Positions 18,972-29,148 of a stretch of 64,000 bases of DNA are shown one piece after another; the stretch's first letter is position 1; the number at the start of each line of letters is the position of its first letter. The translations under genes were made by a program, and so were the position numbers. This DNA is from an uncultured Candidatus Saccharibacteria bacterium (GTDB lineage Bacteria; Patescibacteriota; Saccharimonadia; CAILAD01; BJGX01): NCBI GenBank assembly GCA_964610335.1, contig CAZSVP010000003.1, forward strand, positions 141,531 through 205,530, read 5' to 3'. Below the pieces are notes generated by a model. The model saw only the letters and a program-made list of their open reading frames with translations. It was not told the origin of the DNA and did no database searches.

Positions 18972-19517
18972 CTAGTTTAGCTTTGGTAAAACTAAACCAA
19001 GAAGTACACCCACACTGCGCCATTCTTGCATTTGTCCTTGTTCAATAGCTTTGATAATTTCAACAGTGGTCATCCAAGTTACTTCGATGTCTTCACCTTG
19101 CTCGAGCTGTTGGCCAGTGGTTATTTCTTCATATTCACGTACTAAGAAGTAATAAAGATCCCACTCCACAGTCGCACCAGCTTTGGCGATACTAATAAGT
19201 TCGGGTCTTTTTATATCCAGCCCGCACTCTTCGCGAGCTTCGCGGGTAGCACCCTCGAGAGCTGCCTGAGTCATATCGCCGTTGCGATACTGGTTATACT
19301 GTTCTAGAGTGTCGTAGACTTTGCCGCCGGGCAGACGATAATCAACATTGCCAGTCTCATGCCGATGCTCACGAGTAATCAAGATCTTATTTTCAGGCGA
19401 TACAATAATCAGCCGCGTGCCGGGTGGGCGACGATACTGTTCAAACACTCGTCCGTCGGGTTGAGTGGTGTGCACTACTTCACCGACTCTGCCTTCAAAT
19501 ACGATGTCCTCTTTCAT
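18972..19517 (-). CDS. NUDIX hydrolase
   Basis: Nudix box GGKV...AALEGATREAREECGL (REx2EExGu). Confidence 0.7.
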   Translation of the reverse strand: MKEDIVFEGRVGEVVHTTQPDGRVFEQYRRPPGTRLIIVSPENKILITREHRHETGNVDYRLPGGKVYDTLEQYNQYRNGDMTQAALEGATREAREECGLDIKRPELISIAKAGATVEWDLYYFLVREYEEITTGQQLEQGEDIEVTWMTTVEIIKAIEQGQMQEWRSVGVLLGLVLPKLN

Positions 19518-20557
19518 AAGTCAGCCTTCTTGGGCAGCTTCAACTCCATGTTGCCGGGCAGGGGAGTATCTGGCTCAGGATCGATACAAGCTTCGAGCTC
19601 GGCAACAATCTTCTTCTCATCAACATCTTGTCCGATAAACACGAGCTCGGTCTTGGGCTCGGCACTTTTTGGCCAATTGTCCCAAACTATCTCAGCCCGA
19701 ACTCCGACTAACTGGAATATATAGCGCCGCAGGTGGCCTTTGACATTAAAATCCAAGAATCCCTTAGCACGATATATGTTGGTAGGGATCTTGCGATTTG
19801 CAAACTGTTCAAATTTGCGCGGATCGAGTGGTTTGTCGCTGGTCCAAACGAACTGTTGATAGTGTTCGTGGATATGATCTTTGTGATCCGTAGTTTCATG
19901 ATCTGACTCGGTCGTAGTCGCAACTTGGCCGGAACCTGTCTTGTACAAATCAGTGTCGAGTACCAGGCGCACGTCGAGCTCACCTCGGACTGTTTCGATT
20001 ATGCGCGCTTTAGGATTAAACATACCGATCAGCTGATGGATCTCCTTGATCTTGGCTTTAGGCACCATATCGACCTTGTTGATTACCACAAAGTCGCTGA
20101 ATATTATTTGGTCGCGCGCGGTGTCATTGGCACTAGCATTCTTTTCCAAGTTCTCAGCGTCAAGTACTGTCACAATACTGTCTAGCCGGACTCGTTGGCC
20201 GAGAGTATCGCGCAAGGTAAGTGCTAAATCGCGTGGCTCGGCTAAGCCACTAGCCTCGATTAATATGTAGTCGATGTTGCTATTAGGGGTAATAAACTGA
20301 TCGATAGCTTCTTGGAGATCGAGAGTTTGCAAGCTGCAGCATATGCAGCCCGAGGTTAGTTCGAGCTTTTGGTCGGTTTGGCTTTTCACCAAACCAGCAT
20401 CGATGTTGATGTCGCCAAAATCATTGACCACCACACCAATGTTCATACCTTCGTTGTGGGTAAGGATGTAATTGAGTAGAGTGGTTTTGCCAGCACCCAA
20501 GAAGCCTTGAAGCACTGTGATGGGGATCTTGCGATATTGTATTTCTGGTTTGTTCAT
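19514..20557 (-). CDS. COG0523 (CobW/HypB/UreG-family) metallochaperone GTPase
   Basis: P-loop GFLGAGKTT, CICC metal-binding motif, C-terminal CobW_C-like domain with His-rich stretch (HETTDHKDHIHEH). Confidence 0.8.
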   Translation of the reverse strand: MNKPEIQYRKIPITVLQGFLGAGKTTLLNYILTHNEGMNIGVVVNDFGDINIDAGLVKSQTDQKLELTSGCICCSLQTLDLQEAIDQFITPNSNIDYILIEASGLAEPRDLALTLRDTLGQRVRLDSIVTVLDAENLEKNASANDTARDQIIFSDFVVINKVDMVPKAKIKEIHQLIGMFNPKARIIETVRGELDVRLVLDTDLYKTGSGQVATTTESDHETTDHKDHIHEHYQQFVWTSDKPLDPRKFEQFANRKIPTNIYRAKGFLDFNVKGHLRRYIFQLVGVRAEIVWDNWPKSAEPKTELVFIGQDVDEKKIVAELEACIDPEPDTPLPGNMELKLPKKADL

Positions 20558-20559
20558 AG

Positions 20560-20573
20560 GGTATAATTATACC
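20560..20573. promoter_or_regulatory. perfect 14-bp palindrome GGTATAATTATACC in 33-bp divergent intergenic region
   Basis: Self-complementary; contains TATAAT on both strands; candidate metalloregulator (Zur-like) operator or bidirectional -10. Confidence 0.4.
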
Positions 20574-20589
20574 AATAAAAGGAGTTGCA

Positions 20590-21330
20590 ATGGAATTTAA
20601 CCTGAAATTTATAGGTAAGGAGAAGGTAGCCACCGATGCTTGGCGACTAGACTTTGAAAAACCCAAAGGCTACAAACACCAAGCAGGACAATACAACGAG
20701 TTTCATCTCAAACACGCCGGAGTAGACGACCGTGGTGAAACCAGATGGTTTACCGCAAGTAGCTCACCCACAGAGGAGCACCTAAGTATTACCACTCGGC
20801 ATGTCAAGGATCATCCGTCAACTTTCAAAAATGCGCTATTTGACTTGAAGAAGGGCGACAGCGTGCCTGCCAAGGGCCCAATGGGTGAGTTTGTTTTGCC
20901 CCAAGACAAATCAGTCAAGCTAGTCTGGGTAGCAGGAGGGATTGGCATAACACCATTTGTCAGCCAAATGCGTTATCTGCTTGATACTAAGGATTTGAAT
21001 CGCGATATTATATTATTCTATGGTAGCCGCAGCGATGCCGACATAGTCTGCCCAAATCTGCTAAATGAAGTACGTGATGCCATGAAACATTTTAAACTAG
21101 TGCGTGTTTACTCTGAGGAACCACCGTCGTTTATAGATGAACACGTAGAGACAGGGCTAATTGACGAAAAGCTGATCAACAAATACTTACCTGATTTGCA
21201 GGATCGAGAGTTCTTTGTGTCAGGGCCTGAGCCGATGGTGGACTCGTTTAAACAAATGCTTGGTTTTATGGGTGTTCGTGACAACCATATACATCAAGAC
21301 TGGTTCCCTGGCTATACCGAGAGATACTAA
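20590..21330 (+). CDS. FNR-like oxidoreductase (FAD-binding_6 / NAD-binding_1)
   Basis: RWFTASSSP (RxYS FAD motif) and GGIGITPFVS (NAD(P) binding GGxGxxP). Confidence 0.7.
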   Translation: MEFNLKFIGKEKVATDAWRLDFEKPKGYKHQAGQYNEFHLKHAGVDDRGETRWFTASSSPTEEHLSITTRHVKDHPSTFKNALFDLKKGDSVPAKGPMGEFVLPQDKSVKLVWVAGGIGITPFVSQMRYLLDTKDLNRDIILFYGSRSDADIVCPNLLNEVRDAMKHFKLVRVYSEEPPSFIDEHVETGLIDEKLINKYLPDLQDREFFVSGPEPMVDSFKQMLGFMGVRDNHIHQDWFPGYTERY

Positions 21331-21373
21331 GCATTTTTTGATAGCCCTTATGCTATACTAGTACCAGATAGTT

Positions 21374-23032
21374 ATGCAGATCGTAGGCAAAGAAAAAAGT
21401 CTCCAATCGGTAGTACTTGATGCTACTGTCGTTAACCAAGCAATAGTGCTCGGCTTTTGTTTGATTGTAACTGTATTTGGCATCACGATTCCATCAAACT
21501 TGTTGATATATATCAATGCACCATTGGCAGTGTTTGGTCTTATATACGATTTCTTTTTGTTCAACCGTATTAGCGGACGGCTACCATACTTCAGTAGCTA
21601 CTTGGCAATACTGATAGTGATGTTGCAATACTTTGTTGTGATCTCTGTGACAGGCGGTTTCAACTCACCATACTATGGTGCCTGGCTACTTATACTCACT
21701 ATGAGTTGTGTGCTTGGTATTAGAGCATTTGTGGTCAATGTTTTTTTGGCGGCCATCGGGTTCTTGGTAACAATTGGTCTTATGAGTATTGGCAGTGGTC
21801 ATGTACAGTTCAATATTGTAAGTCTTGGCCTCAATGTCGTGGCTCTGCTTTTTGGTGCATTTATTGCTGTTGCTTTTGAACAGTTTAAGCAAGCTACTAG
21901 CTTTGCTAGCCGTATAAGTAATCAAATAGATAGTACACAATTCTCCGAAAAGCTTATGCTTGCTAGCATTGCCGATCCAGTGATTGGGCTTGATAACAAT
22001 CGCAAGATTGTGCTCATGAACATTGCCGCTGAGGACATGTTTGGTTGGGATCTCAAAAGTGCCACCGGGGTTTTTTACCTCAATGTCATGAAACTGCGTG
22101 ATGGCACCGGCAATGAATTAACCAATGCCAACGATCCGTTCTTGCAGGTGTTTGAAAAAAAAGTGCAAGTTACAACCGATGCATACTCAGTCACTGACAA
22201 GCAAAACAACAAAATTGCGGTTTCGATGTCGATTGCACCCACAGTAGATGTCAACAACGAGATCTCAGGCGCAATTGCAGTATTACATGATATTTCTGAT
22301 CAAAAAGCATTGCAACGTGAGCGCAATGAGTTTGTTTCTACAGCCAGCCATGAAATGCGCACACCAGTGGCTGCCATTGAGGGTTATATATCTATGGCTA
22401 CAAATCCCAATCTAGCCACCATCGATGAACGCGGCAAGAATTTCTTGGAAAAAGCCCACAACTCCGCAATCCACCTAGGCAAGCTTTTCCAAGACCTACT
22501 AAGTGTTACTAAGATTGAGGACCGCCGTTTGCAGGAGCATCGTGAAGTATTCAATTTAAGCGATATTGTCAGCCAAATTAGTTCAGAAATGGAGATGGTA
22601 GCTCAGCGTAAAGGATTGAAACTGTATACACACATTGGTAAATCTGCTGGCATCAATGAATCTGTAATTGCTCCTATTTATCTGATAAATGCTGACCCTA
22701 GTAGAATTCGTGAGGTTATAACAAACCTTGTAGACAACGCCATCAAATACACACCACAGGGTTCGGTTGAGATCGAACTAACTGGTGATAAAAACAATGT
22801 TACGCTCAATGTAAAAGACACCGGCATGGGTATAGCGCCAGACGACTTGCGCCATATGTTTGAAAAGTTTTACCGGGTCAACAACTCTCTAACGCGTGAC
22901 ATCGGTGGTACGGGTCTTGGCCTCTACATAGCACGCAGCTTGATAGAACTGTATGGCGGTAAGATGTTGGTAAGTAGTAAGCCAGGAGAGGGCTCAACAT
23001 TTGGTTTTACCTTACCACTAGCCAAAAAATAA
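21374..23032 (+). CDS. multi-TM sensor histidine kinase with PAS domain
   Basis: About 5 N-terminal TM helices, PAS-like segment, H-box SHEMRTPVAAIEGY, HATPase_c G-boxes DTGMGI and GGTGLGLYIA. Confidence 0.85.
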   Translation: MQIVGKEKSLQSVVLDATVVNQAIVLGFCLIVTVFGITIPSNLLIYINAPLAVFGLIYDFFLFNRISGRLPYFSSYLAILIVMLQYFVVISVTGGFNSPYYGAWLLILTMSCVLGIRAFVVNVFLAAIGFLVTIGLMSIGSGHVQFNIVSLGLNVVALLFGAFIAVAFEQFKQATSFASRISNQIDSTQFSEKLMLASIADPVIGLDNNRKIVLMNIAAEDMFGWDLKSATGVFYLNVMKLRDGTGNELTNANDPFLQVFEKKVQVTTDAYSVTDKQNNKIAVSMSIAPTVDVNNEISGAIAVLHDISDQKALQRERNEFVSTASHEMRTPVAAIEGYISMATNPNLATIDERGKNFLEKAHNSAIHLGKLFQDLLSVTKIEDRRLQEHREVFNLSDIVSQISSEMEMVAQRKGLKLYTHIGKSAGINESVIAPIYLINADPSRIREVITNLVDNAIKYTPQGSVEIELTGDKNNVTLNVKDTGMGIAPDDLRHMFEKFYRVNNSLTRDIGGTGLGLYIARSLIELYGGKMLVSSKPGEGSTFGFTLPLAKK

Positions 23033-23091
23033 TCGTTTGGTATAATGAGTACAACGCTTGAAAGCATAAACGTAAACGAGGGTGTAATTAA

Positions 23092-23565
23092 ATGGCAAAA
23101 ATCCTAATAGTAGAAGACGATATCAGCTTACGAGACGTTTACACGGCTCGATTGCAGGCCGAAGGTTTTCAGATATCCACTGCCAGCAATGGCGAAGAAG
23201 CCTTAGCGGTCGCTGTCAAAGAACGCCCCGACTTGATTATTTTGGATATCATGATGCCACGTATATCTGGTTTTGATGTGCTCGACATTATTCGTACTAC
23301 ACCAGAGATTGCTCACACCAGAGTTGTTATGATGACTGCACTTAGTGCACCAGAAGACCGCGAACGTGGAGAGAAATTGGGAGTAGATGAATACTTAGTG
23401 AAATCACAGGTTACACTCGAAGATGTTGTCGGCACTATTAAGCGAGTATTAGGCGGCGCTAGTGCTGCCGGCGATACAACTCAGCCACAAAACAGTGCAG
23501 CCCCTGCCGCTACGCCGCCAACTCAGCCAGCTGCTGACCAGCCGCCAACCCCACCTGCGCAATAA
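23092..23565 (+). CDS. single-domain response regulator (receiver) with Pro/Ala/Gln-rich tail
   Basis: Receiver motifs ILIVEDD, phospho-acceptor D in LIILDIMMP, conserved K; no output domain. Confidence 0.8.
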   Translation: MAKILIVEDDISLRDVYTARLQAEGFQISTASNGEEALAVAVKERPDLIILDIMMPRISGFDVLDIIRTTPEIAHTRVVMMTALSAPEDRERGEKLGVDEYLVKSQVTLEDVVGTIKRVLGGASAAGDTTQPQNSAAPAATPPTQPAADQPPTPPAQ

Positions 23566-23645
23566 GCAATCAAACTAAGATCCTACTAAAGGTCTTTTTT
23601 GTATACTCTAGTTATGGGCGCCTATATCTGGTAAAATAGCATATT

Positions 23646-24956
23646 ATGCGACAACTACATACCGAACTGCTTAAACATATTGATGAGACAGTAACTATTG
23701 CTGGCTGGCTGTACAAAAAACGTTTGCTTGGTGGGCTCAACTTTCTTGTAATCCGTGACCGCAGCGGGCTTACTCAAGTACTAGTGGAGGATGAAAAAGA
23801 AGTAGCCAAACTTGAAACTCTTCAGCTTGGTAGTGTTCTACAGATTGAAGGAAAGGTTTTCAAGGACGAGCGCGCTCCAGGTGGGGTTGAGATACATGAA
23901 CCAACTATTAATGTACTTACTGCTGTACATGATGTAATGCCAATTGAAATAGATAAGCCGATCAGTCACAAACCAGAGCATCTAGATTCGCTGTTTGAGC
24001 ACCGTGTGCTTAGCCTACGTAACACAACTGAACAACAGATATTTAAAGTTCAGGCTGGAGTTGAGGCAATATTACGAGATCAGCTGTTGGCCAGGGGCTT
24101 TATACCATTTCATAGTCCTAAAATCCTGGCTGAACCTACCGAAGGTGGAGCTGAGACTTTTCAGCTCGACTACTTTGATCGCTCAGCGACCTTGGCTCAA
24201 TCAGCCCAGTTCTACAAACAAATGATGGTAGGTGTGTACGAGCGGGTTTTTGAGGTGGGTGGCACATATCGAGCTGAGCCATCACTTACTACTCGACATA
24301 TGAGCGAGTACATCACAGTTGATGTTGAAATGGGGTTTATCGAGAGCTTTGCCGACATCAAAAATCTTTTGTCAGAGCTTATTTATAACCTCAACGAACA
24401 AATTTGGAAGACCTGCGAGTCTGAGCTAACTATGCTCAATGCCAAACCAGCCAAGCTAACCAAGCAAATTCCTGAGTTGCCAATGCACGAGCTGCACGAG
24501 CTGTTTTTCAAGCAGACCGGTGAAGATACTCGCGGCGAGAAAGACCCCACACCAGCCGAAGAACGATTTGCCAGTGAATATGCCCTTAAGAAGTGGGGTA
24601 GTGAAGCTGTATATATTACTGACTTTCCAACCGCTGAAATGAAGTTTTACCATATGATTAACCCCGACAATCCAGATGTTTGCGAACGGGCTGATCTAAT
24701 ATTTCGCGGCGTGGAAATAGTAACACTGACTCAACGCGAACATCGCTATGCAATTCTTGTCGAACAACTCAAAGCCATGGGCGCCGATCCTGATGATCCC
24801 GGCTTTAAATACTACTTACAGGCATTTCAATATGGTATGCCGCCACATGGCGGGTTTGGTTTGGGTCTAGAGCGACTGACTCAGAAAATCATTGGGCTGA
24901 ACAACGTCAAAGAAGCAACGCTGTTCCCGCGCGACATGCATCGTTTAAGCCCATAG
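23646..24956 (+). CDS. class IIb aspartyl/asparaginyl-tRNA synthetase (archaeal-type AspRS-like, 436 aa)
   Basis: Motif 2 FRGVEIVTL..RE, motif 3 GMPPHGGFGLGLERL, C-terminal LFPRDMHRLSP. Confidence 0.8.
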   Translation: MRQLHTELLKHIDETVTIAGWLYKKRLLGGLNFLVIRDRSGLTQVLVEDEKEVAKLETLQLGSVLQIEGKVFKDERAPGGVEIHEPTINVLTAVHDVMPIEIDKPISHKPEHLDSLFEHRVLSLRNTTEQQIFKVQAGVEAILRDQLLARGFIPFHSPKILAEPTEGGAETFQLDYFDRSATLAQSAQFYKQMMVGVYERVFEVGGTYRAEPSLTTRHMSEYITVDVEMGFIESFADIKNLLSELIYNLNEQIWKTCESELTMLNAKPAKLTKQIPELPMHELHELFFKQTGEDTRGEKDPTPAEERFASEYALKKWGSEAVYITDFPTAEMKFYHMINPDNPDVCERADLIFRGVEIVTLTQREHRYAILVEQLKAMGADPDDPGFKYYLQAFQYGMPPHGGFGLGLERLTQKIIGLNNVKEATLFPRDMHRLSP

Positions 24957-24972
24957 TACTAAAGGAGGTTGT

Positions 24973-25650
24973 TTGAGCTACGATGTAGAACTCGATATCT
25001 ATACTGGACCACTTGATTTGCTGCTTGAGCTAATTGAACGGCAGGATCTAGATATATGCGATGTAAGCCTAAGTAAGGTAACCGATGGATACTTGGATCA
25101 CATGAGCTCAGAAACACTCTCAAACGCCGATATGAATGCATTTCTGTCAGTCGCAGCACAACTTATCAAGATCAAGGCACGCACAGTTTCTGGTATCCTC
25201 GAGCCTAATACAGAACAAGACGACAAAGATGAAAACTTAGTGCAAAAACTGCAAGACTACCAACAACTAAAAGAACGCGCCAAAGTACTGAAACAATTGC
25301 ATACTTTATCTAAGCAAAGTTTTACTACTGGTAGTCAAGCAACTAGTAACAACTACCAACACCTAAGCGATCGACTTAGTATTGGATTACAAAAACTGAC
25401 ACTGGCCAAGCAGACAAGAGAGCAATTCCAGCTTCGACTTGCTCGTAACCAGCCACAACTTGCCAAACACCGACAAGAATTCCAACAGTTACTACAAACA
25501 CTAAAGCGAGTTCAGCTCGGCGAACTTATGAGCCAATGCGACAGTCACGATCAGCAGGTTGTATATTTTCTATGTATCCTGGAATCAGTGCGTAGCCAAA
25601 GACTAAGCCTTGGCTATCACAATCAAGCAATATTTTTGGAAGCAGTTTAG
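24973..25650 (+). CDS. scpA: segregation and condensation protein A
   Basis: N-terminal ELDIYTGPLDLLLELIERQDLDI ScpA signature. Confidence 0.8.
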   Translation: MSYDVELDIYTGPLDLLLELIERQDLDICDVSLSKVTDGYLDHMSSETLSNADMNAFLSVAAQLIKIKARTVSGILEPNTEQDDKDENLVQKLQDYQQLKERAKVLKQLHTLSKQSFTTGSQATSNNYQHLSDRLSIGLQKLTLAKQTREQFQLRLARNQPQLAKHRQEFQQLLQTLKRVQLGELMSQCDSHDQQVVYFLCILESVRSQRLSLGYHNQAIFLEAV

Positions 25651-25651
25651 T

Positions 25652-26158
25652 ATGGATAACTTGCAAAACAAGATACTAGCAATGCTTTTTACTAGTCCTA
25701 AACCTCTATCACTTAAGGCGATTGCAAGTGCTACCAAAACCAAAGAATCAGATCTGGAAAAAGCGCTCAAAGCACTGAGTTTATTTCTTAAACCCACGTG
25801 CTTAGAGGTTCGAGTTTTCCCGAAGGGATACCTGCTAGTAACCAAACCAGACTACGCGGAATTTGTGGGTAGCCTGCCTCATACCAAGAAACCACAGCTT
25901 TCATCAGCTAGCCTGGAAGTTTTGGCAGTAGTTGCTTATCAGCAACCTGTCAGCAAGACTTCGATTGATGAACAGCGCGGTGTTCAAAGTGATGTTTCGC
26001 TACAAAACCTCCAAGAGCTTAGGCTGGTAGAAGAGGTGATACGTACTATTGACCAAGTGCCAGAAGCATACTGGCAAACAACTGAGCAATTTCTGCTTCA
26101 GTTTGGTTTAGAGGATATAGATGAACTACCAAAACCCAACATCAATTCGCCTAAATAA
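25652..26158 (+). CDS. scpB: segregation and condensation protein B
   Basis: Tandem winged-helix ScpB pattern (AYQQPVSKTSIDEQRGV...LVEE); start taken at ATG directly after scpA stop (track ORF begins 25610). Confidence 0.75.
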   Translation: MDNLQNKILAMLFTSPKPLSLKAIASATKTKESDLEKALKALSLFLKPTCLEVRVFPKGYLLVTKPDYAEFVGSLPHTKKPQLSSASLEVLAVVAYQQPVSKTSIDEQRGVQSDVSLQNLQELRLVEEVIRTIDQVPEAYWQTTEQFLLQFGLEDIDELPKPNINSPK

Positions 26159-26828
26159 GGCGTTGGTTCAACTTGGTTTGGCACCTAGTCGGCGCAAGGC
26201 CGATGAAATGATTATGTCTAGTAAAGTAAGAGTCAACGACCAAGTTACTACCAAACTAGCAACCACCGTATCAATTGAGGCAGACAAGATTACAGCATCT
26301 GGCAAAACTGGTAAATTCAGTTCTCTAAAACCTACTGTGCTCATACTCAATAAACCAACTGGCTATGTTTGTTCACACAATCCCCAGGGCAATGATCGTT
26401 CGATCTTTGCCCTTTTACCCAAACAATTCTCAAGCCTTAAGATAGCCGGGCGACTTGATAAGGATAGTGAGGGATTGGTCCTGCTTACTAGTGATGGTGA
26501 TCTGGCAAATCGTTTGTCGCACCCTCGTTATGAGAAGATGAAATTGTACGAGGTAGTAGTAGACAAGCCTTTGTATGACACACAAATTAAGCAACTTGGC
26601 GAAGGGGTAAAACTACACGATGGTATTAGTAGCTTTGACAAAGTTGTATTGCGAAAATCACGACAACTTTCAATCACGATTCATGAGGGTCGCAATCGAC
26701 AAATCCGCCGAACATTTTCAGCATTGGGATTTACGGTAACTAAACTCAAGCGTGTTCAATTAGGCAATATTAGTTTGGATAATCTTCCGAGTGGGAAGTA
26801 TCGTAAAGTTGATACAATAGAATTATGA
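26121..26828 (+). CDS. rluB: S4-domain pseudouridine synthase (RluB/RsuA family)
   Basis: S4 domain IRLNKALVQLG..SRRKADEMI, catalytic motif AGRLDKDSEGLVLLTSDG. Confidence 0.8.
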   Translation: MNYQNPTSIRLNKALVQLGLAPSRRKADEMIMSSKVRVNDQVTTKLATTVSIEADKITASGKTGKFSSLKPTVLILNKPTGYVCSHNPQGNDRSIFALLPKQFSSLKIAGRLDKDSEGLVLLTSDGDLANRLSHPRYEKMKLYEVVVDKPLYDTQIKQLGEGVKLHDGISSFDKVVLRKSRQLSITIHEGRNRQIRRTFSALGFTVTKLKRVQLGNISLDNLPSGKYRKVDTIEL

Positions 26829-27742
26829 ATTTACTGATTGTTCTTACATTGTTACTCGCTACAGCCCTGGGACCACTTGGTCAGGGTTTTGGAGTGATTG
26901 CAAATAAACTAAGTCAAATCACTCCCGCTCAGGCCAAAAGCCATAGTGTTGCCTTGCGGCCCAATGCACTGATGCCTAAACCAACTATAAAGCCGAATGT
27001 GAAGCCGCTAGCCATAAGTGCTCAAGCAGGAATGATAATGGATCCAGCTACCAGTGAAGTAATCGTAAAAAAGAGTAGCCACGAGCGGCTCGCACCGGCC
27101 TCGCTTACAAAGCTTATGACAGCACTTGTCATAATGGATCGGCACAAACCAGATGAGATTGTAGAGGTCGAAAACCAGTTTAGTTCAACCCAGGCCGATG
27201 CCCAGAAAGTAGGATTGAAGGTAGGACAAAAATTTCGCCTTAGCGATCTGATGCAAATGCTTTTGGTATACTCGGCAAATGATGCTGCCGAAGCCCTAGC
27301 TGTCTATGATGCCGGCTCAGTCGAAGCCTTTGTGAATCGTATGAACGAGTACAGCGCAAAACTTGGTCTTGATGATAGCCATTTTGAGAACCCAACAGGA
27401 CTCGATGCTACTAACCACTACAGCTCAGCGGCTGACCTTGTATCTATGGCACGAATACTGCTACACAATCAAAGCTTTCGCACTATCGTGCGCCAGCCGC
27501 GTGGCGTAGTACAATCTCTCGGTGGCACCAACTTTAGTTTTGCATCGACCAACCAACTCCTAGCTTATCCTTACATAATTGGCCTTAAAACTGGTAAGAC
27601 TGAGCAAGCAGGTGAATGCCTAGTTACCCTAAGCGCCAAAGACGGACATGAGCTCATTACCGTAGTGCTAAACAGCCCTAACCGTTTCCAAGAGAGCAAA
27701 AATATGGTAGACTGGGCGTTTGCCAATACAATTTGGAAATAA
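26825..27742 (+). CDS. dacA: D-alanyl-D-alanine carboxypeptidase (S11, PBP5-like)
   Basis: SxxK (ASLTK), SxN (SANDAA), KTG (KTGKT) motifs; signal peptide. Confidence 0.8.
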   Translation: MNLLIVLTLLLATALGPLGQGFGVIANKLSQITPAQAKSHSVALRPNALMPKPTIKPNVKPLAISAQAGMIMDPATSEVIVKKSSHERLAPASLTKLMTALVIMDRHKPDEIVEVENQFSSTQADAQKVGLKVGQKFRLSDLMQMLLVYSANDAAEALAVYDAGSVEAFVNRMNEYSAKLGLDDSHFENPTGLDATNHYSSAADLVSMARILLHNQSFRTIVRQPRGVVQSLGGTNFSFASTNQLLAYPYIIGLKTGKTEQAGECLVTLSAKDGHELITVVLNSPNRFQESKNMVDWAFANTIWK

Positions 27743-27748
27743 TAACTC

Positions 27749-29086
27749 ATGAATGTCAAATCACTACCTACAATAGTTATTGTCGGCTTGCCCAACGCCG
27801 GCAAGAGTACTTTGTTTAATCGACTGGCCGGACGTCGACAAGCCATCATAGCCGACGAAGCCGGCACCACGCGTGATTTAGTACAAGCCGACTGTGTATT
27901 GGGAGGTAAGGCTGTGCATTTGATCGATACTGCCGGACTCATGAAACCATCTGGTGAGATTGAGCAAGATGCTCAAACCAAAATTGAGCAGGCGCTTGCG
28001 TCAGCCAATGTAATTTTGCTAGTAGTAGATGCTGCCACACCTCCTAGCCAGACTGAACGTCAGCTAGCCGCTCGCTTGCATAAGGCCGCTAAACCACTAA
28101 TATTGGTGATGGCCAAAGCTGACCAAAGGGAGAAGCTTGATCCGTCTGAGTTTGCAGCCTTCGGCATCAAACAAATGTTTGCCACCTCGTCTATTCACAA
28201 TACCGGTACCGAGGAATTGGCGAGGGCAATTGCTGGATGGTTGCCAAAATCTGATGCAGCAGCACGAGTGCCTGAGATTGAGGGCATATCTGTAGCACTG
28301 ATCGGAAGACCCAATGTTGGTAAGTCGAGCCTGATAAACAAACTCAGTGGTACCGATCTGGCAATCGTAAATGAGCAAGCCGGTACTACACGCGATACCA
28401 ACCAAGCTACCATCGAGTACAAGGGTGAAACTATTACATTGACAGATACAGCCGGCATTCGTCGTGCCGGTAAGGTTGGTAAGGGTGTAGAATTCTTCTC
28501 AGTCAATCGCGCTCAAAGTGCTATCGATCGAGTCGATGTGTGCATAGCCCTGGTAGACGCTAGCGAAGGACTGACTGCTCAAGATGTACACGTGCTTGGC
28601 CAAGCCAAAGAGGCTGGCAAAGGGCTTATAATAGCCATTAATAAATGGGACACCATGGACGACGAGCACGAGCAGGCTCAGCTACTTAGTAAGCTCAAAC
28701 GATCACTGCAATTTGCCTGGTGGGCTCCAGTGATATATATCTCAGCTGCAACGGGGCACAATACCAACAAACTTCTAGATACTGTAATAGAAGTACACAA
28801 ACGTATGGGTATTGAGCTACGCACTACAGAACTCAATAAGTTAGTACAAGAAGCTATGGCCAAACATCCGCCAGCCGGGCGGGGAAATATCCACCCCAAG
28901 CTGAATTACGTTACTCAAACCGGTACCAACCCACCCAAACTTACATTCTTCGGAGCACATACCGAAGACATCCACTTTAGCTATCCACGCTACCTCGAAA
29001 ACCGCCTGCGCGAACAGTTTGACCTCACCGGTGTACCGGTAGTAATCGAGATGAAAAGTAAGTACAAGGATAAGACCAAGGGCTGA
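27749..29086 (+). CDS. der: ribosome biogenesis GTPase Der (EngA)
   Basis: Two tandem GTPase domains (GLPNAGKST, GRPNVGKSS) plus KH-like C-terminus. Confidence 0.9.
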   Translation: MNVKSLPTIVIVGLPNAGKSTLFNRLAGRRQAIIADEAGTTRDLVQADCVLGGKAVHLIDTAGLMKPSGEIEQDAQTKIEQALASANVILLVVDAATPPSQTERQLAARLHKAAKPLILVMAKADQREKLDPSEFAAFGIKQMFATSSIHNTGTEELARAIAGWLPKSDAAARVPEIEGISVALIGRPNVGKSSLINKLSGTDLAIVNEQAGTTRDTNQATIEYKGETITLTDTAGIRRAGKVGKGVEFFSVNRAQSAIDRVDVCIALVDASEGLTAQDVHVLGQAKEAGKGLIIAINKWDTMDDEHEQAQLLSKLKRSLQFAWWAPVIYISAATGHNTNKLLDTVIEVHKRMGIELRTTELNKLVQEAMAKHPPAGRGNIHPKLNYVTQTGTNPPKLTFFGAHTEDIHFSYPRYLENRLREQFDLTGVPVVIEMKSKYKDKTKG

Positions 29087-29148
29087 AGTATTAAAGCTGA
29101 GCTAGCTGCCACTTCCACCTTCCGTCTTCTGCCTTTATACTTAACTGT

